A stretch of DNA of 40,161 nucleotides. It comes from Candidatus Parcubacteria bacterium. GTDB lineage: Bacteria; Patescibacteriota; Minisyncoccia; Minisyncoccales; JAGOPM01. The notes under the pieces were generated by a model. It was not told where the DNA came from. It made no database searches and saw only the letters and a program-made list of their open reading frames with translations. Shown in pieces: positions 1 to 8,123 of the stretch. Location: NCBI GenBank assembly GCA_017991975.1, contig JAGOPM010000002.1, positions 1 through 40,161 of the forward strand. The letters are read 5' to 3'. The position numbers and the translations under genes are program-made. Position 1 is the stretch's first letter. Each line of letters starts with the position of its first letter.

Positions 1-353
1 TCATTTACTTCTTCATATTTCACAGAACTTATTTGATTCCCTTTAAGCTCGATTATTATTTTCCCTTTAAAAGGAAGATCATTTTCTCTCTTTTCTTCTA
101 AAACAAACTCATATCCTAATCTCCAGCAATTAGGACATTCTGCAATAGGATCAAACATCTGCGATATATCTTTCCCGCCATATTTTTTGTATTGATCAAG
201 ATTTTTTATATAGCTTATTGCTATATCTTGAGCTCTTTTTACATCAATCTTAGCCTTGCTCTTTATAAAAGAATCAAAAGAAGTATTTTGAACCCAGAAT
301 AAAAATAATATAAAAATTGCCGCAGTCAAAATTATTTTCGGAAATTTTTTCAT
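1..353 (-). CDS. hypothetical membrane-anchored/secreted protein, partial (3' end runs off the left window edge)
   Basis: Hand translation of the minus strand from ATG 353-351 gives MKKFPKIILTAAIFILFLFWVQNTSF..., with an N-terminal hydrophobic segment and no in-frame stop down to position 3. Its ATG overlaps the xth TGA stop (ATGA at 350-353). It is absent from the ORF track because it is open-ended. Confidence 0.5.
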   Translation of the reverse strand, partial: MKKFPKIILTAAIFILFLFWVQNTSFDSFIKSKAKIDVKRAQDIAISYIKNLDQYKKYGGKDISQMFDPIAECPNCWRLGYEFVLEEKRENDLPFKGKIIIELKGNQISSVKYEEVN

Positions 354-1126
354 ATCTTGATTTTAATTGCAATTGGGCAATGATCTGACCCCATCACATC
401 GTTCAATATATAAGAATCCTCTATTTTATTCTTCATTCTTTTATCAACAAAAAAATAATCTATTCTCCAGCCAACGTTTCTTTTACGAGCTGCTGTTCTT
501 TGCGACCACCAAGTATATTGTCCAGAATTTTTATTAAAAATTCTGAAAGAATCAAGATATCCGTCGTTGATAATATCATCTATCCATTTCCTCTCCTTTG
601 GCAAGAAACCCGATATTTCTGAGTTCTCCTTAGGCCTGGCAAGATCAATCTCCTTATGAGCTGTATTTACATCTCCACAAAAAATAACCTTTTCACCTTG
701 AAGCTTCAAGGTGTTTATATACTTCCTAAAATCACTGTAAAAATCCATCTTATATTTCAATCTCTGGTTAGATAATTTTCCGTTCGGAAAATAAACATTG
801 GCTAATGTAAAATTACTATATCTGACAATAACCATTCTCCCCTCCTTGTCATATTTTTTAATGCCAAATCCATCAATTACTTGATTAGGCTCGATTTTTG
901 AAAATATCGCTACACCGCTATAACCAGATTTATCAGCGCAAGAAAAAAAATGATGATATCCTTTTATTTTTTCCAATTCCTTAAAAATATCCTTAGCGCT
1001 AATTTTTGTTTCTTGAAGACATAAGATATCAGGATTTTCTTTTTGTATCCATTCTAAAAACCCTTTTTTTAATATTGCCCGCAAACCATTAACATTCCAA
1101 GAAATTATTTTTATTTCCTTTTTCAT
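350..1126 (-). CDS. xth: exodeoxyribonuclease III (AP endonuclease, EEP superfamily)
   Basis: 258 aa. N-terminal IISWNVNGLRA, LCLQETK, and C-terminal SDHCPI motifs are typical of the ExoIII/Xth family. Confidence 0.9.
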   Translation of the reverse strand: MKKEIKIISWNVNGLRAILKKGFLEWIQKENPDILCLQETKISAKDIFKELEKIKGYHHFFSCADKSGYSGVAIFSKIEPNQVIDGFGIKKYDKEGRMVIVRYSNFTLANVYFPNGKLSNQRLKYKMDFYSDFRKYINTLKLQGEKVIFCGDVNTAHKEIDLARPKENSEISGFLPKERKWIDDIINDGYLDSFRIFNKNSGQYTWWSQRTAARKRNVGWRIDYFFVDKRMKNKIEDSYILNDVMGSDHCPIAIKIKI

Positions 1127-1130
1127 TTAA

Positions 1131-1892
1131 TTATTTCGCTTTCCCTTGATTCTTTACTGCTTCTATTTTCTTAGATATTTCTTCAGGATTTCCCAAATAA
1201 TAATGCTTGATAGGTTTCAAATCATCATCTAATTCATAAACTAACGGAATTCCTGTTGGAATATTCAAAACCGCAATCTCTTCTTCGGGAATATTATCGA
1301 GATATTGAATTAACGCTCTCAAGCTGTTTCCATGAGCCGATATCAGAACTTTTTTTCCAGATTTTATATCTTTTGCTATCACATCATTATAATAAGGCAT
1401 TACTCTGGCAACTACATCAGCCAAACATTCAGTCGAAGGAATATCTTTTTCTTCCAAATCTTTATATTTTGGATCATGGATAGGATGATTAGGATCTTTT
1501 TGTGGCATTTCCGGCGGACGAGTATTATAATCCCTTCTCCATAGCAAAACCTGTTCTTCACTGTATTTCTCAGCCGTTTCTCTTTTATTCATTCCTTGAA
1601 GAACGCCATAATGCTTTTCATTAAGATGCCAATCATAAACTATTGGTATATCTTCTAAGCCTAATTCTTTAACAACAATCTTTGTAGTATTAATAGCTCT
1701 TTTCAATAGAGAAGTATATATAATGTCAAAAGAATATCCTTCTTTCTTTAATACTTCCCCTGCTTCTTTAGCTTCTTTGATTCCTGTCTCAGAAAGATCT
1801 ATGTCGGTCCATCCTGTGAACCTGTTTTCCTTGTTCCAAAGGCTTTCTCCATGCCTTAATAATACTAATTTATACATATTGCTTTTTATCAA
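1131..1892 (-). CDS. gpmA: 2,3-bisphosphoglycerate-dependent phosphoglycerate mutase
   Basis: 253 aa. [29 protein letters not shown] (RHGE catalytic His motif) and [10 protein letters not shown] are hallmark dPGM motifs. Confidence 0.92.
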   Translation of the reverse strand: MIKSNMYKLVLLRHGESLWNKENRFTGWTDIDLSETGIKEAKEAGEVLKKEGYSFDIIYTSLLKRAINTTKIVVKELGLEDIPIVYDWHLNEKHYGVLQGMNKRETAEKYSEEQVLLWRRDYNTRPPEMPQKDPNHPIHDPKYKDLEEKDIPSTECLADVVARVMPYYNDVIAKDIKSGKKVLISAHGNSLRALIQYLDNIPEEEIAVLNIPTGIPLVYELDDDLKPIKHYYLGNPEEISKKIEAVKNQGKAK

Positions 1893-1958
1893 TTATAGCA
1901 AAAAAATAAAAAAACGGCTAAGCCTTTTAAAGGAAAACCGTTCTTTATCTTTAAATAT

Positions 1959-2405
1959 TTATTTAACTATAACTTGGAATTTTTCAGAGTCTTCTAATTT
2001 GGGATCTCCAGAAGGATTGTCTTTGTTAAAAACTAAAAAAATTTTCTGACCAGATGAAAGATTAAGTTTTGAGATATTTATCTTAGCATTAAATTCAACA
2101 TAATCTTTGGTCATCCAATCCTCCTGAGCTTGAGCTGTGAAAGTTTCCAAAACATTGCCCTGCTCGTCTTCTATTGTAATCGGCAAACTTGCTTCAAAAA
2201 ACCAATTGCCTTTCGCGCTTCCATTTATTTCAAAAATTTCAGGTATCTTCATATTATTTCTGAAATTATAAAATCTCCCATCTACGAATATATTACCCGG
2301 AAGAACATTGCCATTTACAATCTTGGGTTGCTTCAAAAAACCAAAATTATAAGCAACAACAAGTAAAATAAGAATCAAAGAAAAAATTATTATTCCTTTG
2401 TCCAT
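1959..2405 (-). CDS. membrane-anchored Gmad2-type immunoglobulin-like domain protein
   Basis: The ORF track gives 1959..2546, but its first 47 codons overlap the upstream gene. An internal ATG at 2405 (MDKGIIIFSLILILLVVAYN, a TM anchor) abuts the stop of 2408..2629. GSAKGNWFFEASLPITIEDEQGNVL resembles Gmad2 Ig-like domains. Confidence 0.55.
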   Translation of the reverse strand: MDKGIIIFSLILILLVVAYNFGFLKQPKIVNGNVLPGNIFVDGRFYNFRNNMKIPEIFEINGSAKGNWFFEASLPITIEDEQGNVLETFTAQAQEDWMTKDYVEFNAKINISKLNLSSGQKIFLVFNKDNPSGDPKLEDSEKFQVIVK

Positions 2406-2407
2406 AA

Positions 2408-2629
2408 TTAATTTTTTTCTTTCCCTATTTTTAGATTTAATAAAAACGCGGCCAAGAAAAATAATGCTCCAAAAAAGCATGGAGTCAAGAAAGGATTCGC
2501 TGCTCCAGCAGAGCAACCTGTGGTACAAGCTTGTTCTTTCTGCCAATTGATAAATTCATAGATAAAATTGCCCCAAGCAAATATTGTTCCTAAAAGCAAT
2601 ACATAAAACTGTTTTTTGATATTATCCAT
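2408..2629 (-). CDS. small hydrophobic membrane protein with Cys-rich loop, hypothetical
   Basis: 73 aa with two hydrophobic segments flanking CTTGCSAG. Tightly packed in a minus-strand gene string. Confidence 0.4.
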   Translation of the reverse strand: MDNIKKQFYVLLLGTIFAWGNFIYEFINWQKEQACTTGCSAGAANPFLTPCFFGALFFLAAFLLNLKIGKEKN

Positions 2630-2643
2630 AATTTTATACTATA

Positions 2644-2979
2644 TTATTTTATTTTTTCTGTATCTCTGCCATAAGAATTAAAAAAGAACAATAAACCTAT
2701 AAAAAACAAAGGGAGAGAAATAATGAGAAAAATATTCATGTCTTTATAGGTTTTAAAATAAAGCGTGGATAGCGCTCCTAATATGAAAAACAATATACCT
2801 CCCTTTTTTTCATCGCGCCAAGCTACCAGACAAGCGACGATTATTATGGCAGATGGGATCAAATGGATAATAAATCCTCTCCAATCTCCCCAAGAATCCA
2901 AAGCGAACAAGCCAATAAAAATCGCATAAGCACAGGCTAATATTTTAGCAATATCCAATATTATTTGTCTTTTATTCAT
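2644..2979 (-). CDS. hypothetical multi-pass membrane protein
   Basis: 111 aa with about 4 hydrophobic segments. 4-nt overlap with the upstream gene. Confidence 0.45.
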   Translation of the reverse strand: MNKRQIILDIAKILACAYAIFIGLFALDSWGDWRGFIIHLIPSAIIIVACLVAWRDEKKGGILFFILGALSTLYFKTYKDMNIFLIISLPLFFIGLLFFFNSYGRDTEKIK

Positions 2980-3791
2980 ATTTCATTATTTAAATTAATT
3001 TCTATTTTTTGTTCCCCTGCGGCATAAGGAGCCACTTGGTATTGCGGGAAATAAATGGTAATAATTTTATCTTGAGATATCGTGAAATTCTTAAAATTAT
3101 CCTCTTTTGGTTCAGTACCCATATCTATCATTTCTTTAACATATCCCAAGCCCTGTTCATCTTGAATGTCTTCTGAGAAATGTTCTATCAATTGCTGTCT
3201 AGCAACTTTTGAAATTTTTTCCAAGTAATCAGCTTTCCCTGAAAAAAAATCAGAAAGTTTTGAAATCTTTTTATCCTTCACATTATAAGTGAATGTAATC
3301 AAATTTTGATATCCATGAGCTCCGCCTCCAGGATAACCTCCATATCGCATAATCAAACTTACATAGTCGTCTGTTTGCTGAATTATATCGCAACTCAAAT
3401 CAAATTCAAAAGGTTCTGCGGGATTATCGCCATTTTTTTGGTTTCCGAATTCAGTATCCTTTAAAGCATTCCAATTTTCTTGAGTGATTTTTTTAAAATC
3501 CAACCATGCATTCTCTGCTTCGTCTTTTATTATTTTATTAAAACTCTCGTCAATTCCAGAAAAACGAGGATATAGTGCATTAGCCTTATATAATGGTGTC
3601 TGTTCATTTATTGCAATAAGCTGCATTTTGCTTTCTTTTTCGGATTTAGATCCTATTTCCAAAATTTGCCCTATTTTATTGTTTTCTTTAGGAAGGAAAA
3701 AGATAACTAAAGCAATAATCGCTGCTATTCCCAATATTGCCCAAAAAATTTTTTTATTCTCCATGATTTTATTTTTTATTTTAAAAAACAT
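2976..3791 (-). CDS. DUF3298/DUF4163-like (RsiV-like) domain protein with N-terminal TM anchor
   Basis: 271 aa. TM anchor, then GGYPGGGAHGY and the C-terminal YQVAPYAAG motif typical of DUF3298 domains. Confidence 0.55.
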   Translation of the reverse strand: MFFKIKNKIMENKKIFWAILGIAAIIALVIFFLPKENNKIGQILEIGSKSEKESKMQLIAINEQTPLYKANALYPRFSGIDESFNKIIKDEAENAWLDFKKITQENWNALKDTEFGNQKNGDNPAEPFEFDLSCDIIQQTDDYVSLIMRYGGYPGGGAHGYQNLITFTYNVKDKKISKLSDFFSGKADYLEKISKVARQQLIEHFSEDIQDEQGLGYVKEMIDMGTEPKEDNFKNFTISQDKIITIYFPQYQVAPYAAGEQKIEINLNNEI

Positions 3792-4494
3792 TTATATATT
3801 TGCACCAATAATCAAATAATTCCAATGTCGCTTCTAAATCCCTGGCATTATATTTGGCGATTTCTAAAAATTCTCCCTGTTTGAATAATTGCCCGACATC
3901 ATCTCCAGTCACTCCTCCTGTTTTCGGACTGTTTATTCCAAAAGCGCGACAAAAAAGATGCAAGTTCCCTTTTTTACGTACTGTCCCATAGAAGCTCAAT
4001 TCATCCATCAAGTCTATATGTTTGCAATCATGAGGTTGATAAGCTAAAAAACGCTGTCTCATGAGATTTTTGCTTATCTTAACTTTATTTATAGCAGAAC
4101 GGATTATTATAAAAGGAATATCAAAGGCTCTTCCGTTGAAAGTTATTATCTGATCATATTTCTTCACTCCTTCCCAAAACCGTTCCAGAATTTCTTTTTC
4201 ATCGGCAGGAATATAAGAGATATTATCCTCGCAAAATTCGGAAATATTTTTTCCAGGAGCAGAGAAAAGAACTTGTCCTTTATTAGTCTGACAATCAAAC
4301 GCTCCCAATGCCACTATTTTCCCTGTAAGAGGAGAAAAACCCAATCCATTTTTCAAATTCTCTAACGCGATATTGTAATCTTCTTTATTGAAAGATTCTT
4401 TTTTCAACCAATTCGTAAGTGATTCTTGAGTTTTTAAATCAAGTTGGTCAAAATCTTCTCCTATTGTTTCTATATCGATTATCAAGGAAGGCAT
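3781..4494 (-). CDS. RNase H-like 3'-5' exonuclease (PolB exonuclease-domain-like, COG3298-type)
   Basis: 237 aa. The N-terminal IIDIETIG (ExoI DxE motif), FNGRAFDIPFI and YNARDLEAT follow the DEDD-type pattern of predicted PolB-like exonucleases. Confidence 0.6.
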   Translation of the reverse strand: MPSLIIDIETIGEDFDQLDLKTQESLTNWLKKESFNKEDYNIALENLKNGLGFSPLTGKIVALGAFDCQTNKGQVLFSAPGKNISEFCEDNISYIPADEKEILERFWEGVKKYDQIITFNGRAFDIPFIIIRSAINKVKISKNLMRQRFLAYQPHDCKHIDLMDELSFYGTVRKKGNLHLFCRAFGINSPKTGGVTGDDVGQLFKQGEFLEIAKYNARDLEATLELFDYWCKYINVF

Positions 4495-4497
4495 AAA

Positions 4498-4833
4498 TCA
4501 ATTATTAGCTAATTGAATGAAATAAATAATAAATCCTAAAAGCAAGAATCCTGCTATGATGAAAAAAATAATTCTTTTTCCTTTCTTTTCCAACGGGCTT
4601 AATTGTTCCCAAGGCTTAGGCCCCTCCCATTTCTTCTTATTTAAAGCGCCTATAACCATCAAGATGGCTCCAAACAATGAAAAAAAATAATTCTTTATTG
4701 CTATACCCAATGGAATGTAAACAATCCCCATAGAAAACAAACCGTAATAATCAAACTTTCTCTTTTTCAAAGAAGAAAAAATTGAAACTATCAAGGCTAT
4801 TAAAATAAGGATTCCTGTTAATATCCAATTCAT
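4498..4833 (-). CDS. hypothetical membrane protein
   Basis: 111 aa with 3-4 hydrophobic segments. Confidence 0.45.
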   Translation of the reverse strand: MNWILTGILILIALIVSIFSSLKKRKFDYYGLFSMGIVYIPLGIAIKNYFFSLFGAILMVIGALNKKKWEGPKPWEQLSPLEKKGKRIIFFIIAGFLLLGFIIYFIQLANN

Positions 4834-4837
4834 AATT

Positions 4838-5110
4838 TTATTTTATTTTTTCAATGAATTTAGCAAGGCGCTTTTCATATAATTCTTTAGAATCATTAAA
4901 ATAAAAATCTAAAATAATTTTGAGATCCATTAGCTCTTTATCTAAATTCAAATATCCTTTATCTGTTTTAGCGGCATCTATAGCTTTTAAATGATTATCC
5001 TTGGCGAGACATTCTCTTAAATGATCCAATAGCGCTAATTTGCAAAAATATCTGTCAGACCATTTATCAGCTAACAATTTTTCTGTTTTGCTGTGATTTT
5101 TATCAATCAT
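4838..5110 (-). CDS. hypothetical protein
   Basis: The ORF track extends to 5248, but that extension runs antisense through tRNA-Ser. An internal ATG at 5110 (MIDKNHSKTEKLL...) gives a 90-aa helical protein. Confidence 0.4.
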   Translation of the reverse strand: MIDKNHSKTEKLLADKWSDRYFCKLALLDHLRECLAKDNHLKAIDAAKTDKGYLNLDKELMDLKIILDFYFNDSKELYEKRLAKFIEKIK

Positions 5111-5178
5111 AAATATATTATAACAAAAGCAATTGCTTTTTGAAATGAATTTAATTATGATATTAAAAGGATTTATAA

Positions 5179-5266
5179 GGAGAGGTCGCATAGTGGCCGA
5201 GTGCGCTCGCTTGGAAAGCGAGTATATCGAAAGGTATCGTGGGTTCAAATCCCACCCTCTCCGCCA
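5179..5266 (+). tRNA. tRNA-Ser (anticodon GGA), encoded CCA end
   Basis: Hand-folded cloverleaf. Acceptor GGAGAGG/CCTCTCC. Anticodon stem CTCGC/GCGAG with loop TTGGAAA. Long variable arm TATATCGAAAGGTATC. T arm GTGGG-TTCAAAT-CCCAC, then G-CCA. Confidence 0.9.
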
Positions 5267-5299
5267 GTAGGTATATGAAAAATAACCTTTGCAAATTTT

Positions 5300-5515
5300 A
5301 TGTATTACGTCTATTCACTAAGATGCAAAGATGGTTATTATGTCGGTTGCACTGATAATGTCCAAGAAAGATTGGAACGACATCAAAAGAGTCGGGTGCC
5401 CGCAACGACAAATAGGTTACCTGTGACTTTAGAATTTTATTTTGCCATCGAAGATAAATATAGAGCTTTTGAATTTGAAAAATATCTAAAATCTGCTCTG
5501 GTCGAGCATTTATAA
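5300..5515 (+). CDS. GIY-YIG nuclease superfamily protein (UPF0213-like), short
   Basis: 71 aa. The MYYVYSLRCKDGYYVGCTDNVQERLERH pattern is the GIY-(10 aa)-YVG motif followed by R..H. Paralogous to 32490..32756. Confidence 0.7.
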   Translation: MYYVYSLRCKDGYYVGCTDNVQERLERHQKSRVPATTNRLPVTLEFYFAIEDKYRAFEFEKYLKSALVEHL

Positions 5516-5562
5516 ACAAACACTTAATTGAACCATAAAGGGATATGCGACGGCATAATTTT

Positions 5563-5594
5563 AAAAAGCAGCCCACTCTCGCGGGCTGCTTTTT
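5563..5594. terminator. bidirectional intrinsic terminator
   Basis: AAAAA-GCAGCCC-actctcgc-GGGCTGC-TTTTT between convergent genes. Confidence 0.7.
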
Positions 5595-5611
5595 AAAATT
5601 GATAAATCTAA

Positions 5612-5869
5612 TTATCTTTTTTCCATCGGACGAGCTTCATTAACAACTAAAGCTCTTCCATCCATTTCTTTTCCGTTAAACATTGAAATTGCCTTTTGAG
5701 CTTCTTCATCGCTCCCCATTTCGACAAAGCCAAATCCTTTAGATCTTCCTGAAATCTTGTCGATAATGACTGTTGCTGAAACAACTGCTCCAGCAGCTTC
5801 AAAATTCTGCTTTAAAGCGTTGTCATTAACATTATATGGCAAATTTCCAACATACAATTTCTTGCTCAT
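5612..5869 (-). CDS. RRM-type RNA-binding protein
   Basis: 85 aa. RNP2 LYVGNL and RNP1 KGFGFVEM motifs. Confidence 0.9.
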   Translation of the reverse strand: MSKKLYVGNLPYNVNDNALKQNFEAAGAVVSATVIIDKISGRSKGFGFVEMGSDEEAQKAISMFNGKEMDGRALVVNEARPMEKR

Positions 5870-6008
5870 ATTTTTTAAAATATATTTTAGTAAGCCGACC
5901 TCGCAAGTTATGAGGCATTAAACAAGAAATGTTATTTGCCATACAAAAACTTAGCAGATACTTACAAAATCATTATCCAGCAAACGCAAAAAAAGGTCAA
6001 TAATCAAG

Positions 6009-6037
6009 TTGACAAATGACAAAAAGTGTGATATAAT
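6009..6037 (+). promoter_or_regulatory. sigma-70-type promoter (TTGACA-17-TGaTATAAT)
   Basis: ttgaca at 6009-6014, 17-nt spacer ending in tga, tataat at 6032-6037. About 80 nt upstream of the 6116 start, which has a GGAGGGAG RBS. Confidence 0.6.
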
Positions 6038-6115
6038 TATTATATAAGGCAATAAAAGCCTTTTGCTCCGGTAAGGCAAAAAGCCAAATCCGTAAAAATT
6101 TAATAAGGAGGGAGA

Positions 6116-6736
6116 ATGAGAAAATCTAAAAAAGCATTGGCGGTAGCAGCAATCCTAATTTTAGGGTTCTGCAATGTTGCCATGGCTCAAGGACTAATCA
6201 TAACAATGCAAATTGAGAATCCCATGGCTGATGTAAATGGAAAAGAGGTCGCAATGGATGTTGCTCCTATGATTGTAAACAATAGGACAATGGTCCCCTT
6301 GCGCTTCGTGGCTGAAAATTTTGGATTAAAAGTTGATTGGAACGACCACTCCAGAAAAATAACTATAAGCAGTAATCAGCAAGATCAATCAGAGATTGGA
6401 GAAGAAGTAATATTCGATAATCAGATAAGAGCTGATATCTCCAAAATCCCAGTTAGCAGTAATTGGTCAATTTCCACTTCAAAGAAGTATATAAAAATAA
6501 CTATAGTCTGCGAAGGGAAAAACCAAAAGTCAGAAATGGAATATTATATAAAAGACGCTTCTACTCATGATCAAATAGCAAAAGGAGGATACTCTGAAAA
6601 TCAATTGAAAATTCCATATCTGTGGATCAAAGAAATATCTTTCCAAAAAACATCCGACAAGATAAATCTCAATATCATAGCTAAAGAATTAAATTCTTTA
6701 CAGATATTAGCCTATGAATCAAATCTGGAGTTTTGA
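6116..6736 (+). CDS. secreted copper-amine-oxidase N-terminal (stalk-like) domain protein
   Basis: 206 aa. Signal peptide, then NGKEVAMDVAPMIVNNRTMVPLRFVAENFGLKVDWN, which matches the Cu_amine_oxidN1 domain pattern. Confidence 0.7.
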   Translation: MRKSKKALAVAAILILGFCNVAMAQGLIITMQIENPMADVNGKEVAMDVAPMIVNNRTMVPLRFVAENFGLKVDWNDHSRKITISSNQQDQSEIGEEVIFDNQIRADISKIPVSSNWSISTSKKYIKITIVCEGKNQKSEMEYYIKDASTHDQIAKGGYSENQLKIPYLWIKEISFQKTSDKINLNIIAKELNSLQILAYESNLEF

Positions 6737-6756
6737 ATCCGGAAAGGAGAAGAAAA

Positions 6757-7380
6757 ATGAAAAAAAATCTCTTTAAGTTCCTGATGCCAGCCATACTTGC
6801 TATCTTGTTTTTCGCCAATATCGTATTTGCTTCTTATTCATTGGAGATAATTCTCCCAATAGGAAGTAAAACAGCGAAAATAAATGGCAAAACAATTTCA
6901 TTAGATGTGCCTGCCCAGATAATTAATGGCAGGACTATGGTCCCCTTGCGCTTCATAGCTGATGCCTTTTCTACAGAAATCCAATGGGATCAAGCGAATA
7001 AAATTGTATATATTCGCCAGGACAAAGAAAACCAAGATGCTTTAACGAAAAGAGTTACCAATTTTTCTTTAAGACCGAACTCAGGAAGTGAAACAGCTAC
7101 CTATGATTCAACTATCCAGATATCAAAAAAATATTTGAAAATAAAATTTTCATATTTATTGACATCGGATCAATCAAGTCTTGAATGCATAGTGAGCGCA
7201 AGCAATGGCGTTTCTAAAAAAGAAACTGTCCGAGGGAAAGCCGGAGATTCTGGAACAAAAGAAATAATAATTGACAACAACAAATCAAAAACTATGTTCT
7301 TATCGTTTTATCTCTTGTCGATAGAAATCATCGATGCAGAGATAGACGAATCAGATTTTCCTGATTTCCCGGAAAACTAA
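6757..7380 (+). CDS. secreted copper-amine-oxidase N-terminal domain protein (tandem paralog)
   Basis: NGKTISLDVPAQIINGRTMVPLRFIADAFSTEIQWD. I prefer the ATG at 6757 (MKKNLFKFLMP signal peptide, preceded by AAAGGAGA) over the track start at 6733. Confidence 0.7.
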   Translation: MKKNLFKFLMPAILAILFFANIVFASYSLEIILPIGSKTAKINGKTISLDVPAQIINGRTMVPLRFIADAFSTEIQWDQANKIVYIRQDKENQDALTKRVTNFSLRPNSGSETATYDSTIQISKKYLKIKFSYLLTSDQSSLECIVSASNGVSKKETVRGKAGDSGTKEIIIDNNKSKTMFLSFYLLSIEIIDAEIDESDFPDFPEN

Positions 7381-7387
7381 AAAATAA

Positions 7388-7417
7388 AAGCGTTAAGAAA
7401 AAACTTAACGCTTTTTT
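7388..7417 (+). terminator. intrinsic terminator
   Basis: AAGCGTTAAG-aaaaaa-CTTAACGCTT followed by a T-run. Confidence 0.7.
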
Positions 7418-7434
7418 ATTATTGAATTCAGATG

Positions 7435-7977
7435 TTATAACTTCGGAAGCGCCATTATCATTCTCTTCACCCAATCATTCTGAGCAATAAATTTATATTG
7501 CAAAATTTTTAAGACAGAAACTAAATCTATCAATTCCTCCCTTAATTCTTTTGGCCCAGAAAAAACTTCCCAAGCTTCCTGCGCTAGAACTTTACTGTAA
7601 TTTTTCATCAAATCTTCTTTATCATGCGCCTTTAGATAATCGATTATCTTCTCGAACTCTCCCCTGTCTAACCATATTCCATGACATAAATTGCAAACAT
7701 CAACTTTAATATCAGAATCAGAATATTCAACTTGATAAAGCCAAGACCTGTCTTTTGGACAAATCCGCTTTTCCTGACTGGCTCGAAAATCTTTTTTGTC
7801 TTTCCATAAATCAATATCTATAAATCTTAAAGAAAAATCTTTTTTGTCTTTAGCCGAATCAAGCTCTCCTGATTCAAACCACATGCCAAAACATTTTGGG
7901 CAATAGTCAGCTTCTATGCCAGCAATTATTATTTTCTTTAAATCTTCCTTATTACAGGAATGATTAGGGCATTTCAT
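7435..7977 (-). CDS. zinc-ribbon (zf-TFIIB-like) domain protein, two CxxC-pair modules
   Basis: 180 aa. CPNHSC...YCPKCFGMWFESGELD and CPKD...CNLCHGIWLDRGEF resemble the PF13453-type zinc ribbon repeated twice. Confidence 0.55.
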   Translation of the reverse strand: MKCPNHSCNKEDLKKIIIAGIEADYCPKCFGMWFESGELDSAKDKKDFSLRFIDIDLWKDKKDFRASQEKRICPKDRSWLYQVEYSDSDIKVDVCNLCHGIWLDRGEFEKIIDYLKAHDKEDLMKNYSKVLAQEAWEVFSGPKELREELIDLVSVLKILQYKFIAQNDWVKRMIMALPKL

Positions 7978-8027
7978 ATTAATATAATTTTAAAACAATT
8001 CTGCAAAACTGCAATGTCAAAAATCGC

Positions 8028-8056
8028 TTGACATAAAAGTATACGATCACTATCCT
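8028..8056 (+). promoter_or_regulatory. candidate promoter (TTGACA-17-TATCCT)
   Basis: ttgaca at 8028-8033, 17-nt spacer, tatcct at 8051-8056, upstream of the 8124 start. Confidence 0.4.
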
Positions 8057-8123
8057 ATAGGCAAGGATGCCAGAAAGGCTAAAAAGCCTTTTAAATAACA
8101 AACCCTATTAGCGGGACATTTTT

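Noticed and set aside
2406-2546. N-terminal 47 codons of ORF 1959..2546
   Set aside because: It overlaps the upstream gene 2408..2629 in another frame. The internal ATG at 2405 starts a clean TM anchor directly after the upstream stop.
5111-5248. N-terminal extension of ORF 4838..5248
   Set aside because: The extension runs antisense through tRNA-Ser (5179-5266) and an AT-rich intergenic region. An internal ATG at 5110 gives a sensible gene boundary.
5298-5576. 92-aa minus-strand ORF
   Set aside because: It is antisense to the GIY-YIG gene, whose motifs are clear on the plus strand, and it extends into the terminator hairpin.
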